From an uncultured Actinomycetota bacterium (lineage in GTDB: Bacteria; Actinomycetota; Actinomycetes; S36-B12; UBA10799): a DNA stretch of 64,000 nt. How positions within the stretch are numbered: position 1 is the stretch's first letter; every line of letters starts with the position of its first letter. The notes beneath the pieces are model-generated. The model made no database searches, was not told where the DNA came from, and saw nothing but the letters and a program-made list of their open reading frames with translations. The stretch is taken from the NCBI GenBank assembly GCA_963732355.1, contig CAVSZD010000011.1:1645-65644 (forward strand), written 5' to 3'. Shown here piece by piece: positions 9,685 to 22,000 of this stretch. A program made the position numbers and the translations under genes.

Positions 9685-9698
9685 CCTGGAAAGGCCGG

Positions 9699-10259
9699 TC
9701 AGCAGCCGTCCAGCGACCAACTCTTGATTGGCTTCTTGATGCTCTTGGCACGCACCGCGAACCACGAGATGGTCTTGTTCACGCTGTCCACGTACACGTC
9801 GAGCCAGCCAGCCTTTCCGCGAGTCGAGTAGATCCGCCAGCCCTTGCCGGGCAGGTAGGGATTGGCCAAGAAAGAGGTCCTCTCGAGGCCGGGATAGTTC
9901 GCCTTGGCAGCCGTGAAGGAGTCCTCCGTGCGCAAACCCTTGGTGGTCACTCTGCCCTGCCATGCGACGACCTTGCGGTCCTTGCGCCGCCAATCGGGGC
10001 CGGCACCGACTGCGTCCACTCGGCCGCCGCACGCCGGGTTCTTCGCCAAGTAGTTCAGGGAGCGCGCTCGCGCGACGGTGGTCTTGCCCATCGTCAAGGG
10101 GCCGACGCGGCCCGGCGACAGCACAGCCTCACATGAGTCCGACCATTGTGGGTACCCGTCCGGGTTGTATGCGTACGTACATTCGGTGGCACTCGCGGGC
10201 GCCCCCGAGAGCAAGCCCATTGCGAATGCGGCAGTGGCTACGCAGACAACGGTGTTCAT
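9699..10259 (-). CDS. Secreted hypothetical protein (basic, Cys-containing)
   Basis: SD GAGGGAGAGG, signal peptide ending PASA; K/R-rich mature region. Confidence 0.75.
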   Translation of the reverse strand: MNTVVCVATAAFAMGLLSGAPASATECTYAYNPDGYPQWSDSCEAVLSPGRVGPLTMGKTTVARARSLNYLAKNPACGGRVDAVGAGPDWRRKDRKVVAWQGRVTTKGLRTEDSFTAAKANYPGLERTSFLANPYLPGKGWRIYSTRGKAGWLDVYVDSVNKTISWFAVRAKSIKKPIKSWSLDGC

Positions 10260-10363
10260 CGCCTCTCCCTCACGCGACAAACCCTACGGCACCCTCTGCG
10301 GCTCAACGATCGCTGCTCACGACCTCAACCAGCGCAGGGTGGCGTGATCCCCTAACGGCCTGT

Positions 10364-12523
<2,160 letters not shown>

Positions 12524-12650
12524 TGGCGCTTCATGATTAGCAGGGTGGTTGTCGCGTGGCCCCGGGCAGGCACGAGGTTAGAGACTTGCCGTGACGGCGT
12601 CGCCCCCCAACCGACCTTCACGAGGCGACTAGCCCTACACCCCAGATGCC

Positions 12651-13917
12651 TCAGCCGCTCGGTGTCGCCCCGGTCGGCGCCCCCGCGGGGTCACCGCCGG
12701 GTACCGCCGAAGCTCCGTACAGAGCGGCGATCACTGTCTTGCCAAGGACCACTGCGGCGTTCTCGCCATCCACCGGCGAGGCGGACAGGTTGGCGAAGAT
12801 GATGATCGTGTTCTGGTCCTCGGAGTCGCGCGCCATGAACGATGAGAAGCCGGGTAGTTGCCCATCGTGGCCGAACAGGTTCGGGGCGAACTGCGCGATA
12901 CCCAAGCCATAACTCACCGGTGCTCCCGGAGCGATCGGTTGAATGCTATCCATCCGGGTTTTCTGCATCTCTGCATCCAGCAGGCCGCCGTCGACAAGCG
13001 CGTCAACGTAGGTGGCCAACTCGTCGGCCGTCGAGATCGCGCCGCCCGCGGTCCATGCCCAGGAAGGGTTGGCATCGGTGTAGTCGATCGGCTTCAGCGA
13101 GCCGTCCAGCGCCGCCGACAAATCAGCCTTCGGCACCGCATACGACTCGATGGTTTCCACGTTCGTGCCGAACTGGTATCCCTGCGGGTGGGGATCGGGC
13201 AAGCGTCGACTCGTCGGGCAGCGGCAGCGCTGTGCGGGTCAGGCCCAGCGGCTTGTAGATCCGTTCCTCGAAGGCCTGCGTGGCCGACATCCCGGTGAGC
13301 TTCTCGATGACCACGCCCAGAAGGACGATGTTGGTGTTGGAGTAGTCGTACTCCTGGCCGGGCTTCCCGTTCTGCTTCTGCGAGAACGCGATGTCCAACA
13401 GTTCCTGTGGCGTCCAGGCCTTCTGCGGCTCTTTGTCCAGCGTCTCGTTGAACTTCTTGTCAAAGGTGTAGCTGAACAAGCCGCTGCGCATCTCCGACAG
13501 GTTCGCGATGGTGATCTCGTCGCCGTTGGGCACACCTTTCACGTACTTCGAGATCGGGTCGTCGAGGGCGAGCTTGCCCTCTTGGGCCAATTGCAGGATC
13601 ACGGTCGAGGTCATGGTCTTGGTGTTGCTGCCGATCCGGAAGGTGTCGTCCAGGCTCACCGGAACCTCCTGCTCCAGATCCGCGGTCCCGAATGTCGCCT
13701 GCCAGTCCCCTTGGTCGCGCGACCTGATGAGGATGCCGACCCCTGGGATCGCGTTGGCCTTCATGACCTCGGGGATCTGCTGTTCGAGGCTGGCCTGATA
13801 CGCCGGAGCGGACGCGGCCGGCGAGGCCGACGCATCCGGGTCACTGCCCGAGGAGCACCCCGCCACCACGGCCAACGCAACGAACGCTCCAACGATGATC
13901 GAGTGCTTGCGACGCAT
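12651..13917 (-). CDS. Serine hydrolase (beta-lactamase/DD-peptidase family) lipoprotein (frameshift ~13200)
   Basis: Lipobox VAGC; SxxK (GSNTK), YSN, GHDG motifs split across ORFs 13123-13968 and 12651-13202. Confidence 0.85.
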
Positions 13918-13991
13918 GTAGAACCTCACATTTATGGCGGATGAGACCGAAGTGGTGAGTCTATCCACACGGATTCGTCAGGAGACAACTC

Positions 13992-14014
13992 TTGTCATAC
14001 CCCCGTTCTAACGT
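13992..14014 (+). promoter_or_regulatory. RecA-NDp/PafBC-type DNA-damage promoter, leaderless
   Basis: TTGTCAtac-N8-TAacgT, ending 6 nt before ATG 14021; fits the tTGTCRgtg-N8-TAnnnT consensus. Confidence 0.6.
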
Positions 14015-14020
14015 GTCGTT

Positions 14021-15124
14021 ATGAATCAGGTGGTGGTCGAAGCTGTGGAGGTGATGCAGCACGCCGATGCCGACCCTTTGCTGGTCGCCAGGGCGTGTGA
14101 GACGGTGATCGCACATGCCCACGCCCGCCAGTTGGCCGCCATCCAGCAGGTGTGCGAAGAGCTCCCGGCAGTATTCGACCCCCGCGGACAACTATGCGAC
14201 CCCGCCCCCGCCGAGATCGCCTGCGCCCTGTCCTGGACCCCGGCCACCGCCTCGCGGCGGGTGGACCTGGCCCATGACCTGCACGACAACCTGCCCGACG
14301 TGCTGACCGCGATGGCCGACGGGATCATCGACCTCGGCAAGGCCCAGGAGATCGCAAACGGCAGCTGTGGGCTGCGCGATGAACTTCGCACGATGCTGGC
14401 CGAGATGGCCGTCGACTACGCGGCAAACCACACACGCGGCCAGTTGCGCGCATGGCTTGCCCGCCAGGTGGCCCGACTCGATGAGCAGGCCGCCGCAAAA
14501 CGCCGACGGGTCGCCCGCACCAACCGGCGGGTCTGGATACAGCCCGAGGCCGATGGCATGGCCACCCTCGGGGCCTACCTCACCGCAGAGGAAGCCCGCG
14601 CCTGCCTCGACGCACTCAACACCAACCTGATCCAGCACGAAGACGGCATCGACGCCGCCCGGGCCGACGCGCTGGTCGCCAGGATCACCGGCACTCTGCC
14701 CGGGCAGGCGGTGCCCGTGCAGGTGCTGATCACCGCAAACGGGCCGGAACTAGCCGGCTATGGGCCGCTGTCGGCCGAGCACGCGACCGACCTGTGCGAC
14801 GGCGCCCCCCACACGATCCTCCGCCCACCGCCGGCCGCGCGGATCGCCTACCGTCCCGGCATCGGGCTGACCCGCTGGGTGAAGACCCGGGACCGTCACT
14901 GCCGCTTCCCGGGATGCCGGCGCCCCGCAGCCAACTGCGACCTCGACCACCTGATCCCCCACCCCGTCGGTGCCACGACAGACACCAACCTTGCCTGTCT
15001 GTGCCGCTATCACCACCGCCTGAAGACCCACACCACCTGGAAGGTCCGCGCCGGGCCAAACGCGGCCCTGGAGTGGACCAGTCCCCGCGGCCACAAGTAC
15101 AGAACCACCCTCGAGGACCCGTAG
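14021..15124 (+). CDS. DUF222-HNH endonuclease (13E12-repeat/Rv1128c-like family)
   Basis: AEIACALSWT, RADAL; C-terminal RDRHCRFPGC...CDLDHLIPH...TNLACLCRYHHRLKT. Confidence 0.9.
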   Translation: MNQVVVEAVEVMQHADADPLLVARACETVIAHAHARQLAAIQQVCEELPAVFDPRGQLCDPAPAEIACALSWTPATASRRVDLAHDLHDNLPDVLTAMADGIIDLGKAQEIANGSCGLRDELRTMLAEMAVDYAANHTRGQLRAWLARQVARLDEQAAAKRRRVARTNRRVWIQPEADGMATLGAYLTAEEARACLDALNTNLIQHEDGIDAARADALVARITGTLPGQAVPVQVLITANGPELAGYGPLSAEHATDLCDGAPHTILRPPPAARIAYRPGIGLTRWVKTRDRHCRFPGCRRPAANCDLDHLIPHPVGATTDTNLACLCRYHHRLKTHTTWKVRAGPNAALEWTSPRGHKYRTTLEDP

Positions 15125-15201
15125 AGATCCTGGGCTTCGGAAGGCCCCGTTTCCTGCCGACAAATAGTGCAGAGCCATCCGCGCGGCGTCCGGGGGTACA
15201 A

Positions 15202-17340
15202 ATGACAAGAGTCCGGTTCGTGTTGACCGGGTTCCTCGGCGTGCTCGGTCTGCTGTTCGCCACTCTGTCCGCGCCCAGCCAGACCCAAGGCTCAGAACCG
15301 CGCAAGGCTCTGGTGCTCTACGACTCCAGCGGAGCCTGGGGCCACCTCGGCGAGTTGTACGCCCAGATGGTGGGCAACTTGACCACGCACTTCGGTGAGT
15401 TCGAAGCGATGCCGGTGACCGACTACGAGGCGGGGCGGATGGCGGCCCACAGCGGGGTCGTCTACATCGGCAGCAGCCACGGCGAACCTCTGCCGCAAGC
15501 CTTCCTTGACGATGTGCTGGCCGACACCACCCGGGTCCTATGGCTGGGCGACAACCTCCCGCAGTTGCATGACCGGGCGGCGGTCGACGCCATACCCGGC
15601 TTCTTCGTCCACCAGTACGGCTGGCAGTACCGGGCATTCGACAATCGTCCGGTCAGCTCCGTGACATACAAAGGGCGCAGCCTGGACCGGGACACCACCC
15701 ACAACATAGGCAGTGTCATGGACCTGATCGTGGAGCCCTCCGGCAAGGCGACGGTCGTGGCGCAGGGCAACCGTAGCGACGGGACTTCGTTTCCTTGGGC
15801 CATCAGGTCCGGGCACTTGACCTATGTCGGTGAGGTGCCGCTGACCCACATCGACGAGTCCGACCGTTACCTGATCCTCGGCGACCTCTTGTTCGACCTG
15901 CTGGACCCCGGCGCCCAGGAGCGACACCGCGCGATGGTGCGGATCGAAGATGTCTCACCGATGGCCGATCCAGCCCACCTCCGCGCAATTGCTGACCTGC
16001 TGCATGGTCGCGGCATCGCGTTCAGCGTTGGCGTCATCCCCGTGTTCGTCGATCCAGGTCAGGCCAAACGGGTCACGCTGGCCGAACGACCAGATGTGGT
16101 CGCTGCATTGAAGTACATGGTCGAGCACGGTGCCACGCTGATCCAGCACGGGTACACCCACCAGTTCGGCACCCATCCGAATCCCTACAACGGGGTCACC
16201 GGCGAGGATTTCGAGTTCTTCGCCGCATATGTTGATCAAGGAACCGACGATGTGATCATGACTGGGCCTGTGGCCGGCGATTCCGAACCGTGGGCACTCC
16301 AGCGAATGCAGGCCGGGGGTGAAGCGATGCTGGCCGCGGGCCTGCCGGTCCCAGGGGTCTTCGAGTTCCCGCACTACGCCGCGTCGACGCCGGACTACGC
16401 CGCTGCTACGCATTACGCAGCACGCTACGAGCGAGGTCTCTACTTCGCCGGTTACACGGGAACGGGGCCGGACCATGCACGGTTCGCTGGGCAGTTCTTC
16501 CCCTACGAGGTCACCGATGTGTACGGCTCGCGCATCATCCCCGAGAACCTCGGCAACGTGCGCCTGACCACCTCGAACAACCATCCCCCGATCCTGCCCA
16601 CCGAGATCATCGACCGGGCCGCCAAGAACCTGGTGGTGCGTGACGGTTATGCCTCCTTCTTCTTCCACGCCTTCCTTGACCCCGCCTTGCTGGCCGAGAC
16701 TGTGGATGGCATTACCGCTCTCGGGTACGACTTCGTGAGTCCGGGTGAAGTACTCGCACAGTTCCCGGGGAATCCCGTCAGACTCCCGCTGGCACCACTG
16801 GACGTCCGGGTCCGCACTAGCGGTGACTCGGTTCAGGTACAGGTCATCACGGACCCGATTGAGACGGTGCGGCCTCAAGCGTTCCGGTACACCCTCGACG
16901 ACGGCGCATGGACCGAGGTGGCCGCAAGCCCCGACCAGACGTTCACGTTGACCGGACTCAGCGCCACCACCCACCGCCTGACCGTGGCGGCGGTCAATGT
17001 TGTCGGTACAGGTCCGTCCTTGGGTCCGGTTTCCTTCAGCCTCGCGCCCACGACAACCGCACCGCCGCCCATCCCAGCCACGCTCCAACGGCCCGCGGGA
17101 CTGCGAGTCAAGGCCACCAGGAAGGCACTCAAGGCGAAGTGGCGTTCTGTCGCAGGCGCTGAGCGCTACCGCGTCCGGGTCGCCATCCGCAGCGGTCGCT
17201 CCAAACACTCCAGCGTGCAAGCCACCAACGCCCGGTTCACCGGTCGGTTCGCCAAGGGTTCGCGAGTGCGATTGTGCGTGTGGGCAGTGAATCCAGTCAG
17301 TACTTCGGGCCCCACGTGCGTGACCAAACGGGTTCGCTAG
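15202..17340 (+). CDS. Secreted polysaccharide-deacetylase-like protein (DUF2334) with C-terminal FN3-like domains
   Basis: Signal peptide; VRIEDVSP, QHGYTHQ, FEFPHY, IIPENLG, ASFFFH; C-terminal FN3-type VAAVNVVG and VWAVN. Confidence 0.8.
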   Translation: MTRVRFVLTGFLGVLGLLFATLSAPSQTQGSEPRKALVLYDSSGAWGHLGELYAQMVGNLTTHFGEFEAMPVTDYEAGRMAAHSGVVYIGSSHGEPLPQAFLDDVLADTTRVLWLGDNLPQLHDRAAVDAIPGFFVHQYGWQYRAFDNRPVSSVTYKGRSLDRDTTHNIGSVMDLIVEPSGKATVVAQGNRSDGTSFPWAIRSGHLTYVGEVPLTHIDESDRYLILGDLLFDLLDPGAQERHRAMVRIEDVSPMADPAHLRAIADLLHGRGIAFSVGVIPVFVDPGQAKRVTLAERPDVVAALKYMVEHGATLIQHGYTHQFGTHPNPYNGVTGEDFEFFAAYVDQGTDDVIMTGPVAGDSEPWALQRMQAGGEAMLAAGLPVPGVFEFPHYAASTPDYAAATHYAARYERGLYFAGYTGTGPDHARFAGQFFPYEVTDVYGSRIIPENLGNVRLTTSNNHPPILPTEIIDRAAKNLVVRDGYASFFFHAFLDPALLAETVDGITALGYDFVSPGEVLAQFPGNPVRLPLAPLDVRVRTSGDSVQVQVITDPIETVRPQAFRYTLDDGAWTEVAASPDQTFTLTGLSATTHRLTVAAVNVVGTGPSLGPVSFSLAPTTTAPPPIPATLQRPAGLRVKATRKALKAKWRSVAGAERYRVRVAIRSGRSKHSSVQATNARFTGRFAKGSRVRLCVWAVNPVSTSGPTCVTKRVR

Positions 17341-18125
17341 CTGGAGCGGGCGACGATCGCCCCCAGCATGCGTGTGGTGACATCTGACGGCTCGACCCCG
17401 AGATCCCTGCGCAAGGCGGTCCGGCAGGCCAGGTAGGCCCTGCGGGCTTCTGAGGCGTTGCCCTCCGCGAGGTGGATCCGCATGATCGTGCGGTAGGCGC
17501 TCTCTCGGACGGGGTCAGCGACGAGAGCCGTCAAGGCGGCGTCCAGAGCCAGTGCGTAGTTCCGCGCCCGGGCGAGGCGTTCTGCCTGCTCCTCCAGCAT
17601 GTGCAGGCGCAGTTGACGCAGGCGTTCCCGGTCTGCCAGAAGCCAGTCATCGTCCCAGTCCGGCAGCAGTTCGCCGCCATGCCCGAGAGCGCCCAAGGCA
17701 TCAGTGGCCGGCGTAGTGCTGCCGGAGTCCAGGGCGCTGGTCGCCATGTGGACGTATCGCTGCACATCCACCTCGACTTCCGGGCGCACGTCGAGTGTGA
17801 ACCGCGTCGCGGCGATGAGTCCGCTGGCCGCGCGGTTCACACGCCAGACCCCGGAGCGCAAGCAGGCCGACGCACGACGTTGCGATGAGTCCGGCCACAG
17901 TGTGCCTGCGACCCGTGAACGGCTGGAACGACCGGCGAGAGCCAGCAGCGCCACTAGTCGTTCGGTGACCGGAGTGAGTTCAACAGCCCGGTCGTCGACC
18001 GTGAGCGAGAAGCCCCCGAGCAGCGTCAGCAACGTGCGCCCGGACGGTTGCGAGACGGGAAGGAAGGCCCGCAATGAGGGGTCACTGCCGTCGTCGGGGA
18101 ACGTTCCCGTTGCGCTGTGTGCCAC
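17337..18125 (-). CDS. SARP-family (BTAD) transcriptional regulator
   Basis: LTLLGGFSL, SRSRVAGTLWPD, GELLPDWDDDWLLADRERLR, DPVRESAYRTIMRIHLAEGN, LGVEPS. Confidence 0.9.
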   Translation of the reverse strand: MAHSATGTFPDDGSDPSLRAFLPVSQPSGRTLLTLLGGFSLTVDDRAVELTPVTERLVALLALAGRSSRSRVAGTLWPDSSQRRASACLRSGVWRVNRAASGLIAATRFTLDVRPEVEVDVQRYVHMATSALDSGSTTPATDALGALGHGGELLPDWDDDWLLADRERLRQLRLHMLEEQAERLARARNYALALDAALTALVADPVRESAYRTIMRIHLAEGNASEARRAYLACRTALRRDLGVEPSDVTTRMLGAIVARSS

Positions 18126-18215
18126 CTTGGCACCCCCTGATCGGCCACCCCCATCGTGCGTCGACGTCCGGTTGAACGCATCCCACGTTCGGTCCGGACT
18201 TCCTCAGCCGAGTCG

Positions 18216-18258
18216 GTGACAACGGCGTGACGCGGCCGTGACGGTCCTTGGCAAGGCT
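18216..18258 (+). promoter_or_regulatory. Putative SARP operator: three GTGAC repeats at 11-bp spacing plus -10-like AAGGCT
   Basis: GTGAC at 18216, 18227, 18238; AAGGCT at 18253, 8 nt after the last heptamer. Confidence 0.6.
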
Positions 18259-18308
18259 GCCCTTACCGCCGTCACCCGACGGTGGAACCACGTACAAGGT
18301 AGGCACTC

Positions 18309-18864
18309 ATGTTCGACAAACTCTCGAAACTCCGGCCATCCCCGGCGTTGGTGGTCTCGTTCGCCGCGCTCACCATAGTTGCCGGCGGTACAGCGATGGC
18401 CGCGCCCGACGGTCCCGATTCCAGTCTCCAAGCCCTGAGCAAGTCAAAGGTCCGCAAGATCGCGACGAACCAGGCGAACAAGGCGATCACGGACAGGGCC
18501 CCGACCCTCGAAGTCCTCTTGGCACAGTCAGTGGCGGACAACGCGATCACCACTGCCAAGATCGCCGAGGCGCGGTTACGAGTCCCAAGATCGCCGAAGA
18601 CGCGTGAAGGCCAAGCAACTGGGACCAACTCAGACCGTCACCAACGGCGCCGGGATCGCGAACAACACCACAGCCAGCGTTGCTGTCGTGTGCCCGACCG
18701 GCACTCAGATGCTCAGCGGCGGCGGCACCACGACACTGGGTGGCAATGATCTGAACCTGTTGGTGCGGTCCTTGCCCGCCGGCAACGGTTGGGACGTCAC
18801 CTACCGAAACGTCTCTGGAGCGGCACAAACGATCACAGCAGTGGCCACCTGCCTGTCTGCCTGA
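18309..18864 (+). CDS. Small secreted protein with A(I/V)TxxKIA repeats (two -1 frameshifts, ~18570 and ~18604)
   Basis: Signal RPSPALVVSFAALTIVAGGTAMA; restored read NAITTAKIAE-GAVTSPKIAED-AVKAKQL; C-terminal CPTGTQMLSGGG...W...ATCL domain. Confidence 0.7.
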
Positions 18865-18870
18865 TCGGCG

Positions 18871-19212
18871 CTACCCCACGAGCTCGTATATGTACGCATC
18901 GACCGGTCCATCCTTGGTGCGCACAGAGGTGACCGTGCGCCTGTAGGCCTCACCCTCGAACTCGTCGAGCCGTGCCCAGTGTGCCGACAACTCGTCCGAT
19001 TCGAGGACCTGCACCTCGACGATCGGTCCATCGGGGTCCAGGGTGATCGCCGGGTATCCAAGCGCGGAACCCCACCCGCCCTCCACGAGATGGCCCCGGA
19101 CTTGGCCTGACACCCAGTGCCCGGCCAAGTCCGCGAGGTGGTGATGGTTCACGCGTCCGGGTGCCAATGTCCCGTAGACCGCGAGACGCTGCAACCCGCT
19201 CGACTCGGTCAC
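18871..19212 (-). CDS. Gamma-glutamylcyclotransferase (AIG2-like) protein
   Basis: AVYGTL, LDEFEGEAYRR; GTGA overlap with the upstream gene's stop. Confidence 0.85.
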   Translation of the reverse strand: MTESSGLQRLAVYGTLAPGRVNHHHLADLAGHWVSGQVRGHLVEGGWGSALGYPAITLDPDGPIVEVQVLESDELSAHWARLDEFEGEAYRRTVTSVRTKDGPVDAYIYELVG

Positions 19213-21587
19213 GACTCGACGTACGCCGCGAGATGTTGACCGGTCAGTGTCGATCGATCGGCGATGAGGGCGGCGGGCGTGCCTTCGAAAACTATCCGTC
19301 CGCCGTCATGTCCGGCGCCCGGACCGAGGTCGATGATCCAGTCGGCGTGGGCCATCACAGCTTGGTGGTGTTCGATGACGATGACGGACTTGCCGGAGTC
19401 GACCAGCCGGTCGAGAAGTCCAAGCAGTTGTTCGACGTCGGCCAGGTGAAGACCGATCGTCGGTTCGTCGAGAACGTAGACCCCACCCTTTTCGCCCATG
19501 CGGGTGGCGAGTTTCAGCCGCTGCCGTTCGCCCCCGGACAAGGTTGTGAGCGGCTGGCCCAATGTGAGGTACCCCAGGCCGACATCGGCGAGCCGTTCAA
19601 GAATCTTGTGTGCGGCCGGCGTGCGCGCCTCCCCTGCTTCGAAGTAGTCGAGTGCTCCGGTCACTGGCAGCGCGAGCACTTCCGCGATGTTCAAGCCTCC
19701 CAGCCTGTACTCGAGCACGGACGCTTGGAACCGCTTGCCCTCACATTCCTCACAGGTCGATTCGACCGTGGCCATGACACCGAGTTCGGTGTAGATGACC
19801 CCCGCCCCGTTGCAGGTTGGACACGCTCCCTCGGAGTTGGAACTGAAGAGTGCCGGCTTCACACCATTGGCCTTGGCGAACGCCTTGCGGATCGGGTCCA
19901 ACAGTCCCGTGTAGGTGGCGGGATTGCTGCGCCGGGAACCCTTGATCGCCGACTGGTCGACGGTCACCACGTCCTCGCGCTTGGCCATGGAACCATGGAT
20001 GAGCGAACTCTTCCCCGAACCTGCCACGCCGGTGATCACGCACAGCACACCCAGCGGGATGTCCACGTCGACATCGGCGAGGTTGTTCGTGTTCGCACCG
20101 CGGATCTCGAGCGCGGCGGTGGCTGGACGCACCGCATCCTTCAGGTGCGCCCGGTCATCCAGGTGGCATCCCGTGATCGTGCCGCTGGCCCGCAGGCCCT
20201 CCACTGAGCCCTCGAAGCACACGGTCCCGCCGCCGGTCCCCGCACCGGGACCAAGATCCACCACATGATCGGCGATGGCGATGGTCTCCGGCTTGTGTTC
20301 GACGACCAGCACCGTGTTGCCCTTGTCCCGCAGTCGTAACAGCAAGCCGTTCATCTGCTGGATGTCGTGCGGGTGCAGCCCGATTGTCGGCTCGTCGAAG
20401 ACGTAGGTGACATCGGTCAGCGAGGACCCGAGATGGCGAATCATCTTGGTCCGCTGCGCCTCGCCGCCGGACAATGTGCCTGCCGGCCTGTCCAGGGACA
20501 GGTAGCCCAGACCGATCTCGGTGAAGGAGTCGAGCAGGTGCTGCAGTCCGATAAGCAAAGGTGCGACGGACGGCTCATCCAAGCCCCGCACCCATGTGGC
20601 CAAATCACTGATCTGCATCCGGCACGCGTCGGCGATGCTGATGCCCTTGATCTTCGAGGAACGAGCACCCTCACTCAGTCTCGTCCCGCCACACTCGGGG
20701 CAGACCGTGAACGTGATAGCCCGCTCGACGAACGCGCGGATGTGCGGCTGCATGGCGTCGACATCCTTGGACAGGAAGGACTTCTGGATCTTCGGGATCA
20801 GACCTTCGTAGGTGACGTTGACCCCTTCGACCTTGATCTTGGTCGGCTCCTTGTAGAGCAGGTCCTGCAGCTGGCGCTTGGTGAACTCGGAGATCGGCTT
20901 GTCCGCGTCGAAGAAGCCGCACCCACGGAAGATCCGTCCGTACCAGCCCTCCATGCTGTAGCCGGGGATCTTGAGGGCGCCTTCATTCAGCGACAGGCTG
21001 TCGTCGTAGAGCGCGGTGAGGTCGAAGTCGGTGACCGAACCCATCCCCTCGCAACGCGGGCACATCCCACCGAGTCTGGTGAAGCTGGCCTTCTCTGTGC
21101 GGGTCTTGCCCTCGCCTCGTTCAACCGTGATGGCGCCGCTGGCCCGCACCGACGGAATGTTGAACGAGTAGGCGTTCGGCGGGCCGATGTGGGGCTGCCC
21201 GAGTCGGCTGAACAGAATGCGCAGCATCGCATTGGCGTCGGTCACCGTTCCGGCTGTCGACCGCGGGTTCGAACCCATCCGCTCCTGGTCCACGATGATC
21301 GCCGTGGTCAAACCTTCGAGGAGGTCCACTTCGGGACGGGACAGGCTGGGCATGAATCCCTGCAGGAACGCGCTGTACGTCTCGTTGATCAACCTCTGCG
21401 ACTCCGCGGCGATGGTGCCGAAGACCAGCGAACTCTTTCCCGAGCCCGAGACGCCGGTGAACACGGTCAGCCGCCGCTTGGGGATCTCAAGGTCGACGTT
21501 CTTGAGGTTGTTCTCACGCGCCCCGCGCACGCGGATCAGGTCGTGACTGTCAGCCTCAGTCAGCGCATCGGAGTTGGTGCCGCTCAT
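19209..21587 (-). CDS. UvrA-like ABC ATPase (class II / DrrC type)
   Basis: GARENNLK, two Walker A motifs (GVSGSGKSS, GVAGSGKSS), LSGGEAQR/LSGGERQR, CxxC Zn fingers; 792 aa, shorter than canonical UvrA. Confidence 0.9.
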   Translation of the reverse strand: MSGTNSDALTEADSHDLIRVRGARENNLKNVDLEIPKRRLTVFTGVSGSGKSSLVFGTIAAESQRLINETYSAFLQGFMPSLSRPEVDLLEGLTTAIIVDQERMGSNPRSTAGTVTDANAMLRILFSRLGQPHIGPPNAYSFNIPSVRASGAITVERGEGKTRTEKASFTRLGGMCPRCEGMGSVTDFDLTALYDDSLSLNEGALKIPGYSMEGWYGRIFRGCGFFDADKPISEFTKRQLQDLLYKEPTKIKVEGVNVTYEGLIPKIQKSFLSKDVDAMQPHIRAFVERAITFTVCPECGGTRLSEGARSSKIKGISIADACRMQISDLATWVRGLDEPSVAPLLIGLQHLLDSFTEIGLGYLSLDRPAGTLSGGEAQRTKMIRHLGSSLTDVTYVFDEPTIGLHPHDIQQMNGLLLRLRDKGNTVLVVEHKPETIAIADHVVDLGPGAGTGGGTVCFEGSVEGLRASGTITGCHLDDRAHLKDAVRPATAALEIRGANTNNLADVDVDIPLGVLCVITGVAGSGKSSLIHGSMAKREDVVTVDQSAIKGSRRSNPATYTGLLDPIRKAFAKANGVKPALFSSNSEGACPTCNGAGVIYTELGVMATVESTCEECEGKRFQASVLEYRLGGLNIAEVLALPVTGALDYFEAGEARTPAAHKILERLADVGLGYLTLGQPLTTLSGGERQRLKLATRMGEKGGVYVLDEPTIGLHLADVEQLLGLLDRLVDSGKSVIVIEHHQAVMAHADWIIDLGPGAGHDGGRIVFEGTPAALIADRSTLTGQHLAAYVES

Positions 21588-21652
21588 GGATCTCCGTCTT
21601 CTCAGACCGGGAGGGGCTGCCTACCGGCTGCCGCAGGGGCGTTGCCCCCCAA

Positions 21653-21940
21653 CTAGACGGTCTTCCAGGTCACATTGCCCTGATCGTCGGTCTGCGTCAC
21701 CTCGACGTTGACGGACTCACCGTCGAGTTCGGCCGTGCAGGTCGAGACCTTGCCTGTCTCGATCGGGATCGGGTTCGGACAGGTCACGGTGGGAGCCGCC
21801 GACAGGTCGAGTTGACTCTGCATCTCCGTGGAGATGGTGCTCTGCAGTTTGTCGACATCAAGCTCTGAGGCGGAGCAAGCAGAAAGGGAGGCCGACGCAA
21901 CCAGGGCACCGGCCGCCAGAAGGATCATCTTTGAGCGCAT
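21653..21940 (-). CDS. DUF4333-like lipoprotein
   Basis: Lipobox LSAC; VTCP...TCTA..., TDDQGNVTW; leaderless TACAGT. Confidence 0.75.
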   Translation of the reverse strand: MRSKMILLAAGALVASASLSACSASELDVDKLQSTISTEMQSQLDLSAAPTVTCPNPIPIETGKVSTCTAELDGESVNVEVTQTDDQGNVTWKTV

Positions 21941-22000
21941 TGCCGCACTGTATACCCGCTGCGACCCACACGGCGCCTCCAACTCGGCTCACCGCTCGCC

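Noticed and set aside
9962-10363. Long N-terminal extensions in the ORF track (glgX 9962, DUF2334 14794, prpE 33475, CocE 30565, USP 61291)
   Set aside because: They overlap neighbouring genes or intergenic DNA; family motifs and signal peptides begin at later starts.
13961-13969. DnaA-box-like CTATCCACA (similar single sites near 31748 and 61020)
   Set aside because: Isolated, mismatched, and no origin context.
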